Shown here: positions 22,022 to 33,330 of the stretch, piece after piece
Position numbering within the stretch: the first letter of the stretch is position 1
How the letters are laid out: each line of letters begins with the position of its first letter
Source of the DNA: Azolla caroliniana
Lineage: Eukaryota; Plantae; Polypodiophyta
NCBI GenBank assembly: GCA_043228905.1
Contig: JBHGNT010000169.1
Span: 1-61,924 of the forward strand
Length of the DNA: 61,924 nucleotides
Direction: 5' to 3'
Position numbers and translations under genes: made by a program
The notes under the pieces: generated by a model
What the model was told of the DNA's origin: nothing
The model's database searches: none
What the model saw: the letters and a program-made list of their open reading frames with translations, nothing else

Positions 22022-23034
22022 GGAATGAGGGTCTGAAGTTGGGCCTAGGGTGGCATAGGGCTTTATGCGGGCAACATGGGAGGAGGTGAATCGGCTGTGG
22101 GAATCACTTCGGAGCAAGTACATGGTGCATCTGATGGTACGAACTACGGTGAACGAGCCGAATCCCTCTGTGCTCCTAGCATTGTTGTGCGACTTGTAGG
22201 TTTCAGGAGATGGCTTGTTGAAGGAGGGGGAGCATCTATGGAGATAGAACCCCCAAGTGGCACTATCCATGTTGGCAGGGTTGGAATAGATGTCAATGGA
22301 CAATTCTGGTGGGAGGTGAGGGTCAAGCCCATAGAGTGCTCGAAAAGGGTTGATTCATGTGGCCATCTCTTGCTTGAGGGTCTTGTTGAGGCATTTAGTG
22401 AAGCCATTTGTCTGAAAGATCAATCACTCCTGTGGACTGAGGGCCACTTGGACTTGGCTGAGGTGGGGGGCAGGAGGCTATCGTGTAGGAGGGGGATCGG
22501 GGAAAGATCAATTGGTGGAGAAAGATCAATTGCTCATGTGGACCGAGGGCCACCTAGACTTTGCTAAGGTGGGGGACATGCGAGCTATCGTGTAGGAGGG
22601 GGATCAGGGAAAGATCAATTGGTAGAGAAAGATCAATTGCTCCTGTGAACTGAGGCCACCTGGACTTGGCTGAGGTGGGGGACAGCAAGGCTACCATGTA
22701 GGAGGGGGATTAGGGGAGCTCGTGGGACAAGTTAGTGGATAGTGAAATCAACTAGAGCGCGACACTTAAGGAACCAATCGCAAAATGAGGTGAGGGGGAA
22801 GAGTTGATGGGGCAAGACATAAAAGTGGTGTGAGAAAGTGAGTTTGTCTAAGGTGACGGTGCGATGGGCTTGTGTGCGAGAGTGGTATAGATGTTGGCGA
22901 TCGCCAAAAAGGACTTGGATGGAGGAAGCGGTGGATGTCAAGAAGCCTAACTGGTGAGCTAAGGTAGTGCTAATGGAAGAGATACTACTACCAGAGACTA
23001 ACAAGATAGTGTGGGTCAAGTGATTGAAGGTGGT
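22022..23034 (-). pseudogene. Old gypsy-like remnant with a protease-like segment and ~106-bp triplication (22439-22720)
   Basis: ORF 22732-23019 ILLVSGSSISSIS...FYVLP resembles a retroelement aspartic protease; the frame appears to continue beyond 49611. Confidence 0.45.
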
Positions 23035-25343
23035 TGTCAGGAACAGTACAAAGACAGAGAAGTATTGTCAAGAACAATACTAAGACAGAGAAAGAATTAG
23101 TACTAAAAGATGAGGATTAATACTACGGGAGGTGTAGAACTCTCGAGAGAAGGAAAGAGTGAGTGAGGGAGAGAGAGAGAGAATGATGATAACAAAAGAT
23201 ATATATTATCTTAAGAAAATATACAATAGTAGTTAGGAGGCTTAAGACTAGCCTTGTGCCTCCTTTTATACTGTTCTCAGCAGTACTCCTAAAGTTTCTA
23301 GAATGTTCTAGAGAAATTTGGAATATACATCAAGTTTCTATAGTAAAACTTCAATGAAAATAATATCTTTTGTATTACAACATATAGTCTAATGGTGAAG
23401 GGCTCGACCCATATAACATAAGGTCATGGGTTTAAGTCTTGCCATATCACGACTCTATCCCCCCCCTTTAAAACGACGAGTGTCACGAATCATTTTGGAT
23501 TGTGGACCCGGTTTGTCTGGATATTGACAATGGAAGTCTACAAGAAGAGCACGAGCATTGGTCACATTCTCTACTGGTTCCCAAGTACACTCGTTGGGAC
23601 TATATCCTAGCCAATCGACTAAATAGTAGAGCTTGTTGCGAACAATCTTGGAATCGAGGATGGCGGCAACCTTGTACTCAGGTCCATCCTCAAGTTCGAT
23701 CGGGGGTGGAGGTTATTTAATACAACCTGGGATGGTGCTGTCTTGATAGGGTTCGAGGACAGAACTATGAAACACCGGATGTATCCGAAGTTGTGGAGGT
23801 AGATTGAGACGAGAAGCGACATCATTAATTTTTACAATAATACGAAAAGGACCTAATCGCCGATAATCCAACTTCTCGCATGGGCAAGTAGTCTTGATGT
23901 GTCATCGTCGTAGCCATACCCGATCTCCAATGTTAAAACTGCATGGAAACCGATGACGATCCGTGTAAACCTTGTGTGTTTGTTGAGCTTATTTTAGATG
24001 AGTAGATAAATCCGCTTGTATCTTGCGTAACCGCTCCAAACGATCCTCTACGCATGGATTTGTGGGTAACTCTGGGGTTTCAAATACACACCACCGGGGG
24101 TGACAACCCATATAAGCATAAAATTGTGTAACCTTTGTTGATGAGTGGATAGAGTTATTATATGCAAATTTGGCGAAGTGGAGAATATATGCCTAGTTAT
24201 CTTGATGATAGCTTAGAAAGCACCGAAGATACTGCTCCAGCGTTTGATTTGTTCGTTCTGCTTGGCCATTTGTTTGCAGGTGGTAGCCGGACGAGAGGTT
24301 AGAAGTGACCTTGAGCATTTTGAAGAGGTGCTTCCAGAATTTCGAGACGAACTGGGGTCCACAGTCGCTGATGATACTATCCGGAAGGCCATGATGCCGA
24401 CATACTTCACGCATGACAGTTTTGGCGGTTTCCTCACTGGAGATTTCCTTAGTAAATGGCACAAAATGGGTCATCGTTGTATATCGATCTACTACTGTTA
24501 AGATCGCATCGAATGCCTTAGAGACCAGAAGATCTGTGATGAAATCTAGAGCAATGGATTGCCATGGCTTGTTTAGAATTGGTAATGGTTCTAATAAACC
24601 ATATGGATGATGCCTTGGCATTTTTTATCTGCAACATGTATCACAAGTCCGAACAAAACCTTTGACAAATTGTCGCATATGGGGCCACCAAAATGGTCGT
24701 TGTACTAAATCTAATGTTTTAGTACTACCAAAATGCCCAACTGTATATGTGTCATGACAGTTTGGGACTACTTGACGGCGACGAGAACCATTAGGAACAT
24801 ACAAGAGTTTCTTAAAGAATGGTAATCCATCATGACATTCGAATTATCGATAGTCTGTACTTGGTTGTTGCGATTGTGAACAAGATGCTCGAGAGGGATC
24901 AATTTGTGCTAGAATGTCTTGGGCGAAAGCATCTATCTTCAAGTCCTCATGTATGGTATCAATAATGTGGGAATCCAAGGACATTCCAAAGACCTAGGTT
25001 GCTTGCAGTTGTGCTGGTCCCAAGATTACTTGCTTTTGGTTATCGAAAGTTGGCTCACCAGGACGCGGTGCTAGATACGAGCATCGTGATAATGCATCTA
25101 ACTTCCCTTGCTTCCCCGAACGATAAGTAATTTTGAAGTTGAAACGAGTGAGGAATTGGGCCCACCAAGCTTGACGTCGATTTAACACACGAGCATTCTA
25201 AATGTAGGCAAGGTTTTTGTGATCACTGAATACTGTGACTTGATGAGAATATCCCTCTAGAAAATGCCTCCATTGCGTAAAACAATCCACTATTGCTAAT
25301 AGCTCCTTTTCATGAATTTCATAGTTGATTTCGGCAGCGTTGG

Positions 25344-25920
25344 CGTAGTGTAGTCCGCACACTACGTGAAAAATGTAAAAATAATGTATCCGATTTAAGT
25401 ACATATATACAAATAAAAGAAAATATTTAGTGTTGTAGTTTAGTCCACACACTACGTGTAAAATGTAAAAAATATATATCCGATTTAAGTACATATATAT
25501 AAATAAAAGAAAATATTTAGTGTCGTAGTGTAGTCCGCACACTACGTGAAAAATGTAAAAATAATATATCCGATTTAAGTACATATATATAAATAAAAGA
25601 AAATCTTAAAATATTTATTACATGCATAGGGCAGGATTCGAACCCTATACCTCAATGTAAATAAACTAGAACTTTACCATTGTATTAACTTATCATAATT
25701 AATAATATAAATTTAATAGATATAAGAGTTTTATTTATGCCTACCTTTATTAAAAGGTAAATCATGCATTTTTAGAGTGCGTGAATACTTTATTTACAAG
25801 AAAAATATAAACCAATAAAAAAATACTCGTGCACATTTAGCGTGCACAAGCACTATATTTCGGGAAAAAAAAAAGTTGAAAAAGAAACTCATGCACATGT
25901 AGTGTGCATGAACACTTTAG
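25344..25920. repeat. AT-rich element with three 90-bp tandem units and short hairpins (possibly Helitron-related)
   Basis: Units start at 25344, 25434 and 25524 with hairpin cgtagtgt..acactacg (degenerate in unit 2); further hairpins cgtgcac..gtgcac (~25828-25848) and catgcaca..tgtgcatg (~25890-25910). Confidence 0.55.
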
Positions 25921-28633
25921 AAAAAGCAGGAAGCTATGCTTAGTCTCTCCCATCCTTATAAAAGGAGGAGAGAAAGATGCATATGGTTGTTGATGAAATT
26001 AAAATCGTTGCCGGCCACAACCGGTTTCGTGTGCGGAATAATAGTCAATCTAATGGAGAGGAAAGTCAGAGTACAGAAACTGAGAATGACACAAATTTTA
26101 ATGTGGAAACTCGAACTGGGAAAAACCACGTGGAGTCCATAAACTCCGAAACAGAACACTATGAGGGAAAGGAATACAATCAGAGATCTCAGAGGCAACG
26201 ACCTCAATATCCTGCTTCGCCAACAGGCGGCTATGGAGCTCACACGCTTCCACTCACACTCGTTCACTCTCTCTGTTACAGAGGCCACCACCTCGACAAC
26301 AGTAACTTTACACTAATGCACACGTCTAACATGATTGCCCTAAGTACTTATATACTAATGTAACCTTTCGACTATTTACAAGTTTAGCCTTCCGTGTTGG
26401 CTATCTCCACAATTTCCGGTTTCGGCCTCGGCCGAGTTGCTCATTAACACGGTTCTTTTCACTTCCCATCCGAAGGGACCTATGTCCTAGCAAACTCCCC
26501 CTTCACCTGGCATGGGATGTCTTACTAGTCCGATCCACTTCAGACATGCATCCAGCTTGTCGGGTATCAGTACTTTGGTCAGCATATTTGACCCGTTCTC
26601 GGCCGTGTGGATGTTCGTCACCGCGAACTCTCGATCTTCTACTCGCTCCCGGATCCAGTGATACCTACGCTGGATGTGCTTCGTCCTAGAATGGTACGTT
26701 GCGTTCTTAGCAAGGTGGATGACACTTTGATTGTCGCAATAGAGCCGGTATTCATCTTGCCGGATACCTAGCTCTTCGATGAAGTCCTTCATCCATAGTA
26801 TTTCCTTGCCAGCTTCAATAGCCGCCATGTACTCCACCTCCGTGGTTGACAACGCAACCGTCTTCTGCAGCCTCGACTGCCACGAAACAGCTCCCCCTGC
26901 ATATGTCATTACATACCCGGATGTAGACCGGCTGGTATCCACATCAGCCGACATATCCGAATCAGTAAAACCGTCAAGTTGAGGTTTATCGGAGCCGAAT
27001 CGGAGACACATATTCGAAGTGCCCTTCAAGTACCGAAGTATCCATTTGACCGCGTTCCAGTGCTCCTTGTCGGGATTGATCATAAACCAGCTCACCACTC
27101 CGACTGCGTATCCAATATCTGGTCGAGTACACACCATTGCGTACATTAAGCTCCCGACGGTAGAGGCATATGGCACCTTCATCATATCCGCCTTCTCTGC
27201 TTTCATCTTCGGGCTTTGATTATTGGATAATCTGCAAATTGCCGGGAGTGTCGATCCGACCGGTTTCGCTTCTAACATGTTGAACCGCTGAAGCACAATT
27301 GTCACGTATTTCTCCTGTGACAACCACAATTGCTTCTTTGGCCGGTCCCGGATGATGTGCATCCCTAGTATCTATCTTGCCGGGCCCAAGTCTTTCATTG
27401 CGAAAGTTCGGTTGAGAGCCTTCTTGAGCATCCGTATTTTGGCTTGGTCCCATCCGACGATCAACATGTCGTCCACGTACAGAAGGAGAATCAGGAAGTC
27501 GCCTCCTTCGAACTTCTTCACAAACACACGCAGTGGTCAGTTTGCGTTTTGTGATACCCATGGTCAATCATAAAGGAGTCGAACTTCCGGTACCATTGTC
27601 GGGGAGCCTGCTTCAGTCCGTACAGGCTCTTCTTCAACCGCCAAACCAGGTGCTCCTTCCCTTTCTCCACGAATCCTTCCTGTTGTTGCATGTAGATCTC
27701 CTCTTCGAGGTCACCGTGAAAGAATGTCGTCTTCACGTCCAGCTGCTCTGCCTCGAGGTCCATGCTTGCCGCTTTACTCAGCACCGTCCGGATGGAAGTC
27801 ATCTTTACTACCAGGGCAAATATATCGTCGAAGTCCATGCCCTTCTTCTAATGGAACCCCTTCTCCACGATCCCGGCTTTGTATCTTGGGGGGTTGCCGG
27901 CATCTCCCGATTTCAACTTGTACACCCACTTGTTTCGGAGTGCCTGCTTTCCTTTCGGCAACTCCACCAATTCGTACGTATGGTTCTCATGCAGGGAATC
28001 CATCTCATCCTGCATGCCACTCAACCATTTGCGACTATGGGCGTCACTTTTATCTTCCTCAAAGCTTTCTGGCTCCCCCTCATCGGTTAGCAACACGTGC
28101 TCTGGATCCGGAAATCTCCGTGGGGCCCTTCTCTCTCTGAGTGTCATGGCAAGACTCGAACCCATGACTTTATGCTACATGGGTCGAGCTCTTACCATTA
28201 GATTATGAATTGTATTTTGTAGGATATTATTTTCATTTATACTTTATCATAGAAAATTGATGTATATTCCAGATCTCTCTAGAACATTCTAGAAGCTTCA
28301 GGATTATTCCTAAAAACACTATAAAAGGAGGCACAAGGCATTGTTTTGAACCAAATTGGTTGCCTCTTAGCCGCTTGTACTTATCTTTTCACATAATATA
28401 TTAGCTGTTGTCATCATCTCTCTCTCTCTCATTCTCGCTATCTCTCTCTCTCTCCTCTTCTCACTTCCTCTCTCGGGAATCTTACGCAGTCCCGTCTTCT
28501 TAGTACTAATAGTACTGTTGTTCTTAGTACTAATTCCATCTCTGTTTTAGTACTATTCCTGACAGTTTGAACCAATTTTGTCCTCTAGCCTACTTGTCAC
28601 TCTCCCTCATCCTCCTACCCTTTTCCCTATACT

Positions 28634-29761
28634 ATGGCTACTGTTAGCGCCCAAGAATACCAATCCGTTTTCTCCAAGCTACAGTGTCTAAAAGAAAAGT
28701 TTGTTGCCCTGGAACAAGAAAACCAACGGTTGATAGGGGATTTGCAACAAATCGCTCTAGAAAAACAACAAACGCAACAACAACATGGGGAGTTAGCGTT
28801 ACGGGTACAACAACTCGAAGCAGCGTTGCAACAACAAGGATCCAGTCCCCAAGGATTTCATAAAGAGCCCAAGATTGGACTTCCTGTGAAATTTGATGGA
28901 ACGCGTTCGCAATTCCGGGGATTCCTTAATTAGGTACGCTTAGTCATCCAGATGCATCCTTCCCGATATCCCACTGATGCATCTCGAGTTGGCCTAATAG
29001 GCACGCTACTTAGCGGCTCAGCCTTGGCATGGTTTGCTCCGCTTCTAGAAAAACAATCGCCCTTACTTAATAACTTTGAAGATTTTATTGGTGAGTTTAA
29101 AGCCTGCTTTGGAGACACCGACAGCATCAGGACGGCGATCAACAAGATCCGGCGATTGCGTCAAGGCGATCGTCCAGCCTCTGCCTACGCGGCGGATTTC
29201 CGCCTACTTGCTTCAGATATACCCTGGGATGATCAAGCACTAGTGGAGCAGTTTCGCTATGGCTTGCGAAACGATGTCAAAGATCTACTTCTAACTTTCC
29301 CCGAAAAACCAAAGTCTCTTACAGAGGCAATCAGTCGAGCAGTTCGATGTGACAACCTCCTTTTTGAACGGCGTTCAGAACGTCAATTACAGATACCACG
29401 CTCTAGGCCAGAGCCCACTTACGCCGCAGTCGCGGCTAAACCGTTTGCACGAGACATACCTCAAGCAAATACTTCGACACCGATGGAGATCGATACCATG
29501 CGTCGACACGGCCCGTTATCGGAAGAAGAAAAGCAACGACGACGTGCCAATCGATTATGTCTTTATTGCGGTGGACCAGGACATATCGCCATCAATTGTC
29601 CCCAGAGGCCAAGAAGACAGGTAAATCAAATCGTCGCCTGTACTAAACCCGAGTCAATTCTTCCCTTCGGAGTGTCTGATAGTATTCATAGTACTAATAG
29701 CCCAAGTATCTCAAATAAATTTGAAATCCTTAGTCAATTAGATGAAGAGTTAAACGATTGA
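28634..29761 (+). pseudogene. Chromovirus gag with a premature TAG at 28931-28933
   Basis: Coiled coil, PVKFDG, LSGSALAWF, PMEID, CLYCGGPGHIAINC; the frame continues across the stop. Confidence 0.9.
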
Positions 29762-32700
29762 GTCCAGCCAAAATAGGAGCCATTTGGTTGGACAGCAGCC
29801 CTAGATCTGTACAGCCCATTAGTGGTTCCATTCCTTCCAAGCAAGTTAGCAATGTGTTCCTAGCCCAAGTCATTGTTAGTACTAAAAGTACTCCCCCAGT
29901 ACCCGTCCTAGCACTTTTAGATTCCGGAGCTAATTCCTGTTTCATGGATCGAAATTTTGCCCAAGCTTCTCAGATATCCTTAAGAAAACTTCCTTGTCCC
30001 GCATCTGTAGTGGTCATTGATGGTCGTCCCATTGCTTCCGGGAATATTGTAGAAGAATTAGAACCCATTCAAGTTGTCCTAGGTAGTTTTGTGTGTATAA
30101 TATCATTTAATATAATTAGTAGTCCAGAGCATCCCATTGTCCTAGGATTACCTTGGCTTGAATTACATAATCCAGCCATAGATTGGAGAACAAGAGAAGT
30201 CCGATATCGACCACCCCAAGAATCAACTCACCGAGTTTCGACCATTTCACTCCATCAACTACGCGAAGAAGGACCCCAGGAGGCAATGTTCCTATTTGCC
30301 ATATCAGTACATCCTTCTAGCACTATTAAGAAGGACTCCTCAATACAACTTCCAGCAAAATATCATCCTTATGCCGATGTATTTGACAAGGTAAAAGCCG
30401 GTACCCTTCCTCATCACCGTCCCTATGACTATCCCATCGATTTACAACCAGGAACCGAGCCACCATGGGGACCAATTTACAACTTGTCACCCACCGAGTT
30501 AGAAGTCCTTCGAGCCTACATAGAGGAGAACTTGGCAAGCGGGTTCATCCGTCATTCGAAATCTCCGACCGGTGCACCCATCTTCTTTGTCAAGAAGAAA
30601 GATGGCTCACTTCGTCTTGTCGTTGATTATCGCGGATTGAATAAAGTCACCATCCGGAATAGGTATGCACTTCCTCTTATATCAAGTCTTTTAGAGCGAG
30701 TTAATGGTGCCAAGTTTTTTACTAAAATCGACCTACGAGGAGCGTATAATCTCATGCGGATCCGACCGGGAGATGAGTGGAAGACCGCTTTTCGCACGCG
30801 GTATGGGCATTTCGAGTATACTGTTATGCCGTTTGGCCTAACCAATGCACCCGCAGTCTTCCAACACATGGCAAATGATATATTCAGAGACCTCTTGGAA
30901 ATCTGTTTGATCATTTATCTGGATGATCTGTTGATTTATTCGAAGACCCAGGAAGAGCACGATTCTCATGTACTATTAGTACTAAAGCGACTCCGCGAGA
31001 ATGGTCTTTATGCCAAGCTAGAAAAATGTAGCTTTGACTGCAAGCAAGTGGAATTTCTAGACTACGTCATCTCCTCAAAGGGCATCGCCATGGAACCAAC
31101 TAAAATCCAAACTGTACTAGAGTGGCAAATTCCACGGTCGGTACGAGATGTACAATGTTTTCTAGGCTTTGCTAACTTCTACCGTAAGTTTATACAAGAT
31201 TACTCGAAGATTATTTTACCTCTCACACAACTTACGAAGAAGGGCCAAGCATTTCTTTGGTCCATCGAAGCAGATATGGCTTTTCGGCATCTTAAGAAAG
31301 CCTTTACATCAGCACCGATTCTAGCTCATGTGGATACAAGCAAACCATTCATCATGGAGGCCGACGCATCAGATTTCGCCCTCGGTAGCATCCTTTCTCA
31401 ACAAGGCGATAAAGAAGAGTTGCATCCGGTGGCTTTCCATTCGCGCAAATTCAATGTCGCAGAAATCAACTACGAAATACATGACAAGGAGTTATTAGCC
31501 ATCGTGGATTCATTTGTACAATGGCGGCATTTCTTAGAGGGCTCTCCACATCAAGTCATTGTCTTTAGCGATCATAAAAAACTTGCTTATTTTCAGAACG
31601 CTCGCGTACTAAATCGACGGCAAGCTCGGTGGGCGCAATTCCTCACGCGTTTCGACTTCGAAATCACATATCGACCGGGGAAGCAGCAAGGAAAAGCAGA
31701 TGCACTATCACGGCGTTCATATCTTGCACCTCGTCCTGGTGACGCAACATTTGATAATCAAAAGCAAGTAATCTTGGGACCAACACGATTGCACACGACG
31801 CGGATTTTTCACACCCCGATGGATTCACGGATTACCGATGACATACGTGCAACCTTGAAGACGGATAGTTTTGCTCAAGACATCCTGGCGCACATTGATA
31901 CTTCTCGGGCATCCTGTTCTCAGTCTCAACAACCAGGTATTGACTACCGACAATTCGAATATCATGATGGTTTGTTATTCTTTAAAAAGCGCGTATATGT
32001 CCCCGATTGCTCCTGTCGCCTTCAAATCGTCCAACATTGTCACGACACCCATACAGCGGGACATTTCGGTAGTACCAAGACGTTGGAGTTAATGCAACGA
32101 TCTTTTCGGTGGCCCCACATGCGCCGTTTTGTCGACGACTACGTTCGGACCTGTGATGCTTGCTTCCGAGCAAAGATGCCACGACACCATCCATATGGCT
32201 TGTTGGAACCTTTACCAATTCCAAGTAAGCCATGGCAGTCTATTTGTCTTGATTTTATCACAGATCTGCCGGTCTCGAAGGGGTTCGATGCTATCCTAAC
32301 CGTCGTCAATCGATATACGAAGATGGCACATTTTGTGCCATGTACTAAAGCCATCACTAGCGAGGAAACCGCCGCTCTTGTTATGCGTGAGGTATTTCGG
32401 CATCATGGCCTCCCAGACAGTATTATCAGTGACCAAGGCCCACAATTTGTCTCCAAATTTTGGCAGCATCTCTTCAGGATGCTCAAGGTCTCCTGCAACC
32501 TCTCCTCCGGCTACCATCCTCAAACCGACGGACAGGCGGAACGAACAAACCAAACGTTGGAGCAATATCTCCGGTGTTTCCTGAGTTATCAACAGGACGA
32601 TTGGGCCGAGATTCTCCACTTTGCGGAGTTTGCGTATAATAATGCTATTCACTCCTCGACTCGGGTCTCCCCATTTCTCGCTTATACCGGTTTCCATCCT

Positions 32701-33330
32701 CGTTAGTCGGTGATCGACACTCCGGAGCTACCTACCAACCCTCGTGCCGAAGACCATTTGGAGAGGCTACGCAAGATCCAGATGGATCTCTCTACTCACC
32801 TTCGTCATGCTCAACACACACAGAAGACTTATGCGGATCGTCATCGGATTCCCTCCTCTTTTGCCATCGGAGATCGAGTATGGCTCTTACGTCGTCACAT
32901 CAAGATTACTCGACCGTGCGACAAGTTGGATTATCGACGACTCGGTCCTTTCCGTATTACGGGGAAGATTAATGATGTCACCTTCCGCCTGGATCTCCCT
33001 CCGCAGCTTCAGATACATCCGGTTTTCCATTGTTCTCTTCTTGAACCTTATAAAGCAAACACCATTCCCGATCGTGTGACACCACCGCCGCCCCCGCTGG
33101 AGTTGGACGCCAGCCCGGAGTATGAAGTTGCTGCCATCCTCGATTCCAAACTTGTTCGCAACAAACTTTATTACTTGGTCGATTGGCTTGGTTATAGTCC
33201 AAGCGAACGTACTTGGGAACCCGTCGAGAATGTTGCCAATGCACAAGATCTTCTTGCTGATTTCCACCGAAAATATCCGGACAAACCCGGTCCGCAATTA
33301 GCGTCGACTCGTTTCACTCGTCGTCTTTAA
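29746..33330 (+). pseudogene. Chromovirus pol (PR-RT-RH-IN-chromodomain) with a premature TAG at 32704-32706
   Basis: LLDSGA, YLDD, ADASD, HHCC, GPF motif, EYEVAAILDSK...YLVDWLGY; lies in the -1 frame relative to gag. Confidence 0.92.

Noticed and set aside
28146-28205. Possible functional tRNA gene
   Set aside because: A- and B-box-like motifs are present, but I could not fold a convincing acceptor and anticodon cloverleaf; reported as a tRNA-like module only.
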